From contig CM120640.1 of the NCBI GenBank assembly GCA_051362555.1, positions 51,004,788 through 51,068,787 on the forward strand: a stretch of DNA of 64,000 nucleotides, given 5' to 3'. The notes under the pieces were generated by a model. It was not told where the DNA came from and made no database searches. It saw only the letters and a list, made by a program, of their open reading frames with translations. Origin of the DNA: Lingula anatina (taxonomy: Eukaryota > Animalia > Brachiopoda). Both the position numbers and the translations under genes were made by a program. This document shows, piece by piece, positions 1-37,751 of the stretch. Within the stretch, counting starts at the first letter, position 1; the number at the start of each line of letters is the position of its first letter.

Positions 1-62
1 AATATAATATAATATAATATAATATAATATAATATAATATAATATAATATAATATAATATAA
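1..62. repeat. (AATAT)n pentanucleotide microsatellite
   Basis: About 12 perfect aatat units at the window start. Confidence 0.95.
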
Positions 63-519
63 TAATAACATAATAATTTATTCGAGCATTAAATGTGACA
101 GTTACATTTGTAACAGTTAGCCCTCTATACTACAAATGGTGCATTAAAATATGTGCAGATTACATTTTACAGGTTCTCTAATCTACTATTAGTTTTATAA
201 CAGATATGTAACTACAAAATACATACAGACTGGGAAATAGCAAAGGATAAGACAACTATTGCTTATGATGGGGGTATAGTTTCTTCAAACTTTCAGTTAT
301 GATTGGATAGAACAATGTCATAGGTAAATATTATGTTTGGTGATGACATTAATGGTCAGTATTATGTTTTATCAAACATCAAATTCATGGTCATGCGGTC
401 ATAATCTATGCTAATGTATACATATATAATTAGGATAGATTATAATTTTATATCCATGAATTAGATACATTTCCAGTAGTACATTTGTTGTAAATATCTT
501 TACTTTCTACTTTATGCAG

Positions 520-2177
520 CCCCAAGCAGCAAAAATCAAACCTTAACAGCTCAGAAAGAAGAAGTTGGAGACAAGTCCCTAACAATGTAGTGCTAGATTT
601 TGTGGACAAGAAAGAATTCCCAACTCCTCATGAAGCTAGGTATACTTGTATTTTTCTCTGTCAGAAATTGCTTCATTTAGTTATTTGTAACCCCCAAAAT
701 CAGATTATTGTAAAGTATGCATTCCTTTTGATATTGTTCATACAGTATCTTAGAGATGACCCAAAAAGGTTTTCAATTAAATCAAACAAATCAACCCTAA
801 CAGATTTGGGATGGGCATCAACTGTATATCAATTCTTTAAAAATTATGCAAAATTATTTCTTAGCAAGGTATTTACTATTAAATTCATTCAGAGATGAAG
901 TGTTGATTAAAATATCTGTAATGTGGAGAGTGTTGCCTGAATAGAAATTTATTGTAACATTTCTGTTTCTGCCACAGGTTCACCCCAGAGCACTCTGCAA
1001 TGAGTCGTCTTGGTCCTGCTACAGACTGGGGGTCTCAAATGGATGAATATGATATTCAACAAGAAAAAAGCAGAGAGAGAATGCAGAAGTAAGTATACAA
1101 TTTTAGATTATAATATACTGCAACCAATAGTCCCTTGCATGTTGATACCTAAGACTGGCTTATTTCCACTTACATCCGAGTTACTGCTCTTCCCAATACT
1201 TTATTAATTTATTTGTTTTTCAGGTACCGGAGGAAACTTGTGCTGTCTGCAGATCAAGGTGGAAGAAGGAACAGTGAAAGCAAGTGAGTGGATTTTTTCC
1301 CCAACATTATATTAAACAATATTCTCATGAAGAAGAAAAGGGCATAAAAACAGTTACCCGCACAAAGGATTTAACACATATCAGAAGCTTGTTATATGAT
1401 CTTAATATTTTGGTTTTTAAATGGTAACTATTGCCTTACATCTGACAAGGTATTTCCTACTTTCAGAGAGAAAATTGAGTATGAAAGAAATGAAGATGTT
1501 TTATTGAGACGTCAGAAGCAGATTGACTATGGAAAGAATACCATTGCATATGATAGATATATTGAAGAAGTGCCTAGGTTAGAAACCGTTCTAATTTTTT
1601 GAGCAAACAGAATTATAGTGAATGGGAAGAGAGAGATATTTCATATCTATTTATTATTTTACAAAAGCATCTATAACCTAAAACCTGTATCTATATCTAA
1701 AACCTGTACTAGTAATTGATTTGTTACTTTACTGTTGATAACTTCTTTAGTCTAATTAGTGCACAGTTTTCAACTTGTCAAAGTTTTTTTCTAATAAACT
1801 GAAACAGCACAGATATGAAAGTAGGAAAATGCAGATTTCCCGTTAGCTGTATGAAAATGTAAATGCTAATTTCAGGAACAAACGTACCAGGGCTCATCCA
1901 CGTACACCAAACAAAAACTTCAAGGTCAGTCGTCGTTCCTGGGACATGCAGGTGCGCTTGTGGAGGAAACAACTGCACATCTGGGATCCTCCTGTTGGAG
2001 GCTCTCAAACTGATGAGAACAGGTGAAATAATGATGGCTTAAACATTTAAACGATCTTTATTGAAAGTTGTCGAGAACTAACATAGACCACAATTACTAA
2101 CAATGTCCCTCTGTATGTCATCTGATGACAATTGTACTTCAGCACTACTTGGTCATCTTTGATTTGCTCTCAGTTTT

Positions 2178-2215
<38 letters not shown>

Positions 2216-2695
2216 TTCAGATTCGTGTGCTGTATTTATATTTAGTAGGTGTATTGTTTAAATAAGTAGTGTATTACTAATAAGTAAGCATATTTTATGC
2301 AACAGAATTAAGTTCTGTGTTAACTGAGTGTTGCAAAACAATTTGAAATCCACCATATAAAACTAATGTTTTTTCCTCCATTCCAAGTGTCTATTGTATG
2401 ACAGTAAAAATTCTCATATTTCAGTGATCACATTTTTAATGATTGTGGATCAGAGGGGTCTCTGGAATTGTCCACTACTGCTATGGAAATAGAATCTGTG
2501 ACCACAGCCTCCCCGCCATTCACACCCCCTCCCTGCCTGGAATCGGACAAAACAGACATTAATATAAAGCATATGAAGTTCACCTCCAGTCCTCAGAAGC
2601 ATCAAACTGGACCAGCTAAAGATGAAGGATTTTTTGCTGGTTTCGATTTGGATGCCTGCTTGGCAGAGGAAGATGAGGATTTCCTGGAGCTTTAG
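520..2695 (+). CDS. SLBP: Histone RNA hairpin-binding protein (stem-loop binding protein), 5'-partial; 6 coding exons visible
   Basis: GT-AG exons 520-639, 978-1088, 1224-1283, 1467-1577, 1876-2022 and 2425-2695 join in frame. RNA-binding domain: [26 protein letters not shown]...[33 protein letters not shown] (TPNK motif). N-terminal [11 protein letters not shown] and YRRKL motifs resemble vertebrate SLBP. Acidic C-terminus. The start codon lies upstream of the window. Confidence 0.95.
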
Positions 2696-3155
2696 AATAT
2701 ATATTTGAAAATATCACCTGTTATAAGTTCTGAGAAGTTGTCAGATTTTTCCTTTAAAGAAGTTTTTTACCTGAGCTTTTTATTTTGCATGCTTCTTTTA
2801 AGTACATTGAAGTTTATACCTAGTTTTTTCAAATAGCTATTTTATGTTTGTATTTAATATTAAGTGAATGATCAATAGGGAAATTGATTTTTAGAATGTT
2901 AGCACTTACTTTCAGTTAAATTGTGGTGATGTAGGTAATTACCTCATTTCATTTGGTAAATTATATATACAAATACATCATAAATTTTAGTTTAAGAGAT
3001 AGAGACTTTGTTTTTTTAGATTTTTAAGAATGAGACTTTATGTAAAAAAAAAAAAAAAAAAGATTTTCGTTGATAAGTAATTGGATTCCAGCTTTTTATT
3101 TTACTATGTTTCACCCAAAATTGCCTATTGGGCTGAGAATTCATTACTTATAAAG

Positions 3156-3238
3156 GGGATAGCCTGGATTCGTGATACATGAGAAAAAGGGCATGCATCG
3201 CAAATCCAGGCTATCCCTGGATTTGCGATACATGCCCT
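3156..3238. repeat. Overlapping inverted-repeat triplet (A-A'-A) downstream of the SLBP stop
   Basis: gggatagcctggattcgtgatacatg (3156-3181) and cctggatttgcgatacatgccct (3216-3238) can each pair with the central agggcatgcatcgcaaatccaggctatccc (3188-3217). Confidence 0.8.
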
Positions 3239-6200
3239 CACATGTACAGTGTTTAAGTTCTCCTGCGTAATTTATTTCTGTACCATTTAATTGGAAGACC
3301 GGTGTTGTGTGGTAAATAATTTAATAAGAGAAGTAAAATAATGATTTGAGATATGTAACTTGGTTTAAAGAAGTGAGTAATAACATGTTAGGCACTTCCA
3401 TGATTTCATGTGTAAGACCGTTGCGAAGGAAAAAAGAACACTTTGTAACAGTGGTGACAATCATCAATATGTTAAGTGGTATATAACACATTAAACTTGA
3501 AATGATGACATTTTTAAAAGACTTCATTGGTCAGTTTCTTAGGCCCCATTTCCATAGACCCCATTATAATTGCTGAGTGCAATCAGTATAACAGATTTAC
3601 ACAAGTTGAATATAGACAAGTTGGTGATTATATGAGCACCTTGGAAATGAGGAGGTGTGTCAATCAGTTAAGCTGATTGCACTAGGCAAGAGTTGGATCA
3701 TTCTAAGTAAACCAATGGTGTCTATGGCTCTGTTCACAACCAACTTGTGCTGTGGGATGCACTGGAAAGCATGCCATGTAACCCCTTAATGGTTTCCCTG
3801 CTTCCCACAGCACTGTTCCTGCAGGGATTTTACTGCATGCTTTCAAATGGGTCATGCCATATTTGAGCAGCGGCTCAGAAAGGTCAGGCTCCACTTGGTT
3901 GTAAAAAGAAGAGCCTGTGGGAAGTAGGTCTTAGCTTCTTATAGTTTTAGAATTTTAGAGACTAAAACATTGTACACAATGATTTTTTTCCTAATGGTAT
4001 ACATTTGATAAGCAAGTGTTTTATAGGTGAAAAAAGCAATTTAAACATGCATAGTCTACTTGACATACAGGTTATGCCATGTAAATTTCAGTTTTATAAT
4101 AAAATTTGTCTTCAAAACACTGACTTTTTATATAAAGCATGTACATTACCAAAATAGTTAGACACAAATGTGTATACTACTGGCAACTGCCAGATAAAAT
4201 TGTGCATAATTCAGTCTTCCAAGATCATTGAGGTTCAAAACGAGTTGAGATGGTGTCAAACAAGGTATAATTTTGCTGACGATTCAGTGTGGAACTGATA
4301 ATTTGAACAACTGCGTACTTTGAGAACATAATGTTAAAATTGTTCTCATGTCGCCCTCTTGTTACTATTACCCCATTATTACATTAAGAGGATTTTTTGG
4401 TTAAATTTTACCATCTAGGTATGTTTTGCAGTTAAACTTGATGAAACTGACTCAAAGATGTGCTGCTTTTCATTCTAGACTTGTCAATTACCAGACAGGG
4501 TATGATTGTGTTAAGTGGGTACAATCTTATTTTTTACTGAGATCAACTTGCTCATTTACTGGTCTTTTTATTTTAAGACTTTCAAGTTTTAAAATCAAGT
4601 TGATTAACTTCTGGTCATCAGTTACTACATGTGGGAATTAATTACAGACAAGCTTTTTCAATGGAATCACAGAATTCAATTTTATATTTAATTCTGAAGG
4701 CACCTGGAAAATTTAATTTTCGTTCCAAGATTATTGCTTATTTCTTTATAAACTGAGGTTTTCTTTATAAACTAGGAGTCGTGTTAAGGATACATGGCCA
4801 TATGACTAAATAACAGTGACAATGCTGTATATTATTGCAAAGTTGTTTATTGAATTTCTCACTTGCACAATCTGTCAACAACAACACCCCATGTATTAGC
4901 ACAGCATAAATCAGCCTAGCAGGTTAGCCACAATATCATTTCATTACCATTAAATGGGTAAATTTTGCTTAATTGTGCTCTTTTCAATCTTGTAACAATG
5001 GTTTTCAACACATTTCTAGATGGCTGTCAGAAATGTTAAAGAACAGGGGTCAACATCTTTTCATCTACTTGTTGCTCAACACTCCATGTTACAAATTTGA
5101 AAATGCTTAACAAATGTAAAATTCACCTGCTTTAAGTATATAGGATTACACATCTAGGAGTATGTAAAATACACTGCTTAGCAGTGCCTAGATACCTCAT
5201 GTATATATGGAAAGCATTCCAGTACAGAACTAACCCAGAACAAATATATCTCTTGGCAGCTTGTTCCAGTCTGTCAAAGCATTATTTATTAATCTATTAC
5301 AGCTACGTCAAACAAGACAAAAATCACTTCAACCCATGGTGTTAACACAAAGACCAAGGTCAGTAATTAGACATTAATTTATTATATGCTTATGAATGCA
5401 ATCACACATATAGCTGTGAACTGAAACTGTGATAATTCTTTCAATCTCCACTTTCAAATACTCCACATCCAAGAAAACCCAAGTAACCGAACATTTCTTT
5501 TATTTAATGCCAAAAGACAACACACTTTAAACACTAAACATCTCAATAATCAATATATAAATGTTTTGTTATAAATGACATTTAATTGAAATCTTTGGAT
5601 AAGTTATGCATAAGATATTCTTTCCTGTGCCTTACTGCATGGTACAGTCCTGAATATCCAATATATATATATATATATATGTATATAGATTGCCCAACTC
5701 TGTGAGGCATTTGTAGCAAGGCAATATTGTAGCACACATCACCATATTCTTCATGTATATATATATATTCCCCCTTCTTCAGAACCCAAGGGTTAAATAT
5801 GTTAAGTAAATATTATACAGAAAAGGCTTGGGAAGAAATGTGCATTGGCTTGGCAGGGATATTCTCGCAAACATCACCAAACGCTGGAGCCAGGTACGAC
5901 CTCAAAATTGCCAAGAACATTAATATTGTGGCCTGCATGCTACCACCTCTTAAATGGCACTCTTTAATCTTAAATATTACCAGGCAATTCTCCAACTATC
6001 CTCCCTTGCAGTGCACAGAGGTATATTTATAGGTAACTGAGATCATGCCAAAAGAGCATGTCATTTTTCTAATTTAAAACGTCACAGTCTCGGTGCATAC
6101 AGAACTGTGCAACACTTGCTGAAAACGTATATACTCCTCCAGCTTGAAGCAGTGTGTTTGGATTGCAACCTCCTGTTTGTCCAGTGCTTGGTCAAGTTTG

Positions 6201-7439
6201 CAGAACAGGCATCATGCGAGGTAGATGATGTTAATGTATACTATTTCTATCTTTGCAATATTTACAAAAATAGTGATGTCAAATCCTATATGCACAACAA
6301 ATAAAACAGCAGGTTACTTATTTGGTTGATGATATAATGCTGTATCTATACCTAGAATTAATTATATGAATACCTTCATCTATATTTTTTATAAATGCAT
6401 CCCAGCAAAATAATACTTTAGACTAATTTTCCTATGGCACTAAAGAGATTTTCAACAGTCAAGTTGATTTAGGGAATTGTTCAGTTTTGAAGTAAAACGT
6501 TCCATTTCTTTGAATGAGCTAATCTAATGAGTATAAATTCGATCAAAATTAATAGCACCCAGGATAGTTGTTATTAGATAAATAATTATTTTGCACTGTA
6601 CTACTTTTGTTATTGTTTTGGTAATCATGAGGATATTAACAACAACATCAAATATCGCCTTTTTGGCTATCACTAAAAAAAAATAAAATTAAATAAAAAA
6701 TTGCAAGCAAATAATCATACATACAAAAAAATACAATAATTTTTAAAGATTTATTTACTGGTGAATCAGTTATCAAAAAGAAAAAAAAAAAAAAAAACTG
6801 CAAGAAAAAACACACAAAGAGATGGTTGAAGGCATAACAAGTGATTCAAAAGATGTCTTTCTTCAATGAAAAACAAACCACTTGCAAAAAGAGCAGATGA
6901 TCACCATATAATGAAAATCGAGGGTTCTTTGACCCATATATCAATTACTATTAATGTTTTATACATAACAAAGTGATAGGGAAGGATTTTTTCTGTGAAA
7001 TATGTAGATGTACAAGAAAAATGTCCATAATCATTACTATGCCTTTACTTTCTTCTTGGTCTGTAAAGAACCTCTGCTGCTCTACAGGTTTTAGTAAGGA
7101 ACTTAAGACCAGTCACAGTTAAGCAGACTAACAGGTGACATTTTTCTTTTCACCTAACAATATAATGACAATATATATATATATATATATATATATGGGA
7201 TGAAAAAAATCTCAATAGATCACACTGTGTAAATCATTGACTTTGTTCTATATACATATGCTACAAGCCATGAAAACCATGTTACATTTTTTTATAATTG
7301 TTTTTATAGTTATGTGATTAAAATGAAAACAAAATTCATCAATTCCCCCAGTGACACAAAGTGATTCTGGTCATTTTTCTTAAAACTATTGATCCCTCTT
7401 GATTTATCTTCCTTCACTGCTGACAATGAACTGGACACT

Positions 7440-32707
<25,268 letters not shown>

Positions 32708-33410
32708 GGCTGGGGCTCTGTTTTGTTTAACCTAGAAAATGAGAAAAGAAAGAACATACATCAAAGTACTGGTAGGAAAGAGCACCACAGACATACATGG
32801 AAAGTACACAGTTGATACTGTTTGGGAGAAAAAGCAAAATGTTCTATCCCATTAAATCTGGCTTCCTGCACATGGGTATACAGTCAATGTTATGCAGCAA
32901 TCAGACAGATGGCGAAGCTCCAAAGTGGAGATAATTTGATGCATGCCTTCTCTCACATATGTGTCCTGTAACAAACAGTTAGGTTTATCTACCCTATTGC
33001 ATTCTCAACCTTTATAAAAATGTACACTGAAATTCTAACAATGATTAAACAGGGTAAAATAAATACATACATTTATGCATTTCTTGGTTGTAGCTGTAAA
33101 CTGTTCCTTACATTCTATGTTGCTATGCACCCAAATTCAAGTCACATAATGTTCCCTGACTGCAGACATATCACTACATCTGCATCGGATATTAAATGAC
33201 CAAGTCTGCATTCTTTACAAATATGCTCATAAGGGGTTGTTTTACTCTTTGAATAAACCATACATGTCCCTTAGTTAAGTAAAGATAGTAGGCAGTAAAA
33301 GGGAGAAAAGATGTACTTCTGTGTTATAGATCAGTAAAAATATGGTCAGTCTACAAAGTGTACCCTGAGGTGCGAGGCCCAATTCAAGCCACCTAGTCTA
33401 CAGGTGCTCT

Positions 33411-33630
33411 TAGATTCACACATCGTACTAGCTGGGTCGGTCCAACTCTTCTGGGTATTCTCATTAAAGTGCAATCAGTGGAATCACCTTATTTAGCACA
33501 CAATAGTTAATTACACCCTAGCTGTTCAAGGAGGCATGTCAGACAATTAAGCCGATTCCACCGATTGCACCTAAGCAAGAATCCCCCTGTAGAGTTGGGC
33601 TGACCCAGCTACTATGATATATGAATCTGA
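33411..33630. mobile_element. Degenerate foldback MITE
   Basis: Imperfect inverted arms gattcacacatcgtactagctgggtcggtccaactct / agagttgggctgacccagctactatgatatatgaatc, with an inner gtgcaatcagtggaatc / gattccaccgattgcac pair. A similar core occurs near 3575-3700. Confidence 0.6.
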
Positions 33631-36179
33631 ATGTGGTCTATGTTAAAACTTCCACAATTTTGCCCACATATACAGACCCTGACCTTTACTGGTACTAATG
33701 AGGGTATGTGTATTAACTAGCTAACATCAACAGCAACAAGACAATCTCTTTGTTAGAAATATCTCTTGAAAGACAATGGAAAAAACTGTGAATAAAATCC
33801 ACTGTTAATATTTCTGTGCATATTTTAGTAATGTTAAGAATATTTTTCTCTTGAAAACCCATGCCTATTATATTTGTTTACAGATTTTGTTTACAGTATG
33901 TGCATGTGGAACTGAATAAAATATTGAGTGTGTATGCAGTGAACATATACAGAATGTAAAATGCAGAGCATCAACTGCCAGCCCATTCAATAACTGATGT
34001 ATAAGTAATGCTTTTTCATGTAACATTTTGTCATTTCTATCATCAACCTTCTGTCATGAATCATAAGGCCTACTGATTGATTACTGATTATGTGCCTATT
34101 TGCACTCAATTCATAGGTGAAAACAGTGTGTTGGTGGGGTATTTTTGCAAAAAAATTAATTCATCCTTTAAGAAAAATGTGCATATTTGTATGGTATCAG
34201 TACAAATATATGAAAGAATGGGTAGGCTATGTTGGGTCAGTGTACAAAAAAACATATAATTGTGAAACTTCTTTTTAGTTACACAATAAATAAGTTAAGA
34301 TTCAAAAATAACATTCCTAGAAGCCAAAACCAAGGATATGAATGCAATATATGCATTAGCACCACTTTGCGCTTGCTTCAATTATTATGATCCATTAAAT
34401 GCCATATAACACGATTGCCTATCAAAAAAGGCAAGTCACAAGTGAGTCTTATGAGAGAAATTATTTCTACCAATTTATTATACTGATTGCATACAGATCA
34501 GCTTATCTACCTATTTTAATAAATTCTTTCTTCTCTCATATCTAATTCAGGCAAGATTCATTGGACATGATTATTTAAAACCAATTTCAATCCTTATTAT
34601 AGTTTGCATCCACACTTTTTACTCCAAGTTCTTCAAAGCATATTGTTATGATACAAAACCATATACTATACTATTGTAGAGTTGCCTAGCATGTTTATCC
34701 TACCAGCATTTCCCGCTGGACATCTAATATGCTTAAATGTATATAAATACAATAAAGGTATCAACAGCAGACCTTAACATCTTTCTGCTTGTACAAATGT
34801 TTCCAAAACACGTAGAGAGTACATAACATATTACTGGCATGAAATATTTCATTAAACAAATTTTGATTCCACTTTCAAGAATTTTTCTTAAATGTCATAT
34901 GCCAAAGTCACCTTGTTCCTTTTTGTTAAATATGTTCCACTTGAATTCCCTAAATTCAGTCTATGTGATTCTCTATGAATCATCCGTAATACCAAAGAGT
35001 TCCTTTGAAATAAAGATAAAAACTGTAAAGCATGGCATAATTAAGTACTAGTTTATGCAATGGCTATCAATCACAGAACGTCTCGTTCACAAAGGATCTG
35101 CATATTTCTATTTGAATTTCAATGTCTAGTCATGAGATCAATTTTATCTATTATCTTATATCTTACAATTTTAAAGTGTTCACAATGAAAAGGCATTGAT
35201 TCAAATCAATAATTCGAATCATTGGTTCTTCCTTGAACTAAAGTGCCAGTAATAAGGGGCTAGATGACTTTATCAATATTAATTTTATCAACATATCAAA
35301 TTTCGACTTTGAGAAGGAAGTTTAGGCCATTTTTTCTTTCAAAAGAACACTACAAAACAACTTTGAATGTGAATGTGTGTGTTTGTTTTCAAATTTGTAC
35401 ACATAGATATCAAGACTACCTATAATGGAAATCATCCAAAAAGGCCTAAAAAATGGTTTCAATTATCAGTGTGTGACTTCATATTGGACATTTGAAAATA
35501 TGTGTGAATCTGAATGAGGTAGTGTTAACTTGGAATTAAAGCTGAACCTATACACAATGAATGTCTTCTTAGAAAGTAAAAAAGTGATACCCAAAACATG
35601 GTGAATTCTATCTTGCAACAGACTGTAAGTGTAATCTGACAGAATTTAAGAGAAAACAACTCAAAAATATCCATGAAGAAATGCTAGTCTGCCACTTCTT
35701 GAGCCTTTGAGGAATCTTCCTCAATTTGCCATAAGAGCTGATGATTTTCATTCTCATCATGTATTACTGCTGAAAACAATTTTCATTTAATATGTAAACG
35801 TTTCGGGATGATCGATAGCAAACAAAAACATAAAAAGTTTAATGCCGTCCATATATGAAGTGGAAAATGCTTCCCATTTATATAAAATCAACAATTAATT
35901 ACATGCTGTATTGTGCTATAGGGCCATACATATTTCAAATGATAAAAGTTGTTAGACTGGTATCAAATTAAGAACAGGGGTGTATATATCATATGTATAT
36001 GGTATTAAAACTTGCACCGAATCTTCTATTTACTTTCTGATACCAGTCAAATACAAAATGGTGAACGGGAGTGCACATAAATTCCACGCTTCTAAGAACT
36101 TAGCTTTATCAATTGCACTTTACACTTGGTGTTTTTTCTGTACTGATGCTTTGAATTCTTATATACTAAAGAACTGACA

Positions 36180-37100
36180 TTATGACCGAATTCCAAACGC
36201 CCTTCGTGTGATCGCAAGATGGCCTCGCCACAATGCACCAATCCCAGTGCCGATCCTTTTACTAGTTCCCCGTTCCTTATATCTTTCGTTTTTTAAAGGA
36301 AAATTAATAAAATCTAAAACTGATACTTACGCCGTTAATACCAAACCAATCCCAATTGTTTTTATCAGTCTTTAACTTTTTTGGGACTGGGTATAAGCAA
36401 AATAGCTTTATCGTCTGGACTCCGTTCGTCGAGTCAACTCACATCAAATCATTCATGTGCTACAAAGGATTCCCCGCCTACATGGGTGACGTCACTTCCT
36501 AAGGAAAATCCGCTCTACGGACGTTTACGAAGTTAGTCATCATTGCTCCGGACAACTTCGGTTCATGTCCGTAAATAAAAAAAATGAGTCAGAAATAGTC
36601 AGAACTACATTAGATGTTATGACTGTAACTGAATGAAGGGAAATGTGCTTACATTAAAAAAAACAAAAAAAATGTTTCTTGAATTGAATATTTTATCTAC
36701 GAATGTGACCGAAAGAAGGAAAAAAAGTTGCTGCAAAGAAAAAGTATGACGTAGTTTATACGCAATGGTCATATGACCAAACATCTAAATATATCGCAAA
36801 TCTTATTGGATATACTTGATCACATGATCAAATATACCCATTTTATAGGCTGTTGCTTTGTTTATTGTTATCAGTTGATCGTAAGATGAAGAGGAAGGAG
36901 AAGAAGTTAGCGCAGAGGTGAAGAGAAAAAGCGATCGTAGCGAAGAGAGAGGGAGAAGAGCCACCATCAGGTCTCGTTGTTTGAAAGCATACGAGCCAGA
37001 AAATCTCGTGAATATAGTTTTGTGGAGAAATCTCATTGATTTCAGCAGTAATTTTTGACTAAATATTTAGTCACAATTCGACTTCAGTCGCCATATTGAA
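36180..37100. promoter_or_regulatory. Bidirectional promoter region of RNF38 (-) and PNRC (+)
   Basis: Local CpG enrichment. Perfect CRE TGACGTCA (36487-36494) overlaps an ETS core (AGGAAGTGACGTCAC on minus). YY1-like caagatggc near 36216 and cgccatattg near 37089. Minus-strand donor GTAAGT at 36330. Confidence 0.7.
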
Positions 37101-37343
37101 TTTTTTGTAGAGCTAAGGTTTTTGTTTGCCCTGATAAGTAGTTTTGCAAGTTAGTGATCTAATTTGACGAAAGGGTATTTTTGATTACCCAGTAGTAGGT
37201 TGATAGGGTAACAGGACAGAGTGTTTACTGTTAAACAGCAGGTTTTCGATAAGACGGGTATTTGACCTTGTTTTACTTCACACTTAGTGCTTGTAAGAAT
37301 TTGAAGGTCAGCGTGCAAATATTGGAATTTTATTAACTGACAA

Positions 37344-37751
37344 ATGTGCAACCCAACGAAGAAGAATAATTGGGCTAGGATGAAGTCGCCAAAGAAGGAA
37401 CCCAGTGTTACATTGCCTAATGGCAGGCGACCTAGTAATACTCAAAACTTGCCATTCTGTGCTAATGGAGATAGGGGTTCACCTAAGCCGAGGCACGGAA
37501 GAGTTTCCCCATCCCAGCGGTACCAGCAAGGCGCCTCGCCAAAGACTGTGATGCATTCCAAATCCCCAAGCCCTGTGAATGGTGGACCTGTTGTGCCAAA
37601 TGCTTATGCAGGTGCTAAGTACAATGAGCCGCCATCACCAAAGGTGCTTCCAAAGCCACCAGTCCACTGGTTTATGAATGAAGAGAATAAGCCTCCACGC
37701 TGTGATGAACTGACAAATCACTTGAAATTTATGCTCAAAGTCCAAGCCTGA
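37344..37751 (+). CDS. PNRC2: Proline-rich nuclear receptor coactivator (PNRC1/2 family), 135 aa, single coding exon
   Basis: The ORF contains the PNRC signature YAGAKYNEPPSPKVLPKPPVHW and the C-terminus LTNHLKFMLKVQA. A long U-rich 3'UTR follows. Probably a co-ortholog of PNRC1 and PNRC2. Confidence 0.92.
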   Translation: MCNPTKKNNWARMKSPKKEPSVTLPNGRRPSNTQNLPFCANGDRGSPKPRHGRVSPSQRYQQGASPKTVMHSKSPSPVNGGPVVPNAYAGAKYNEPPSPKVLPKPPVHWFMNEENKPPRCDELTNHLKFMLKVQA

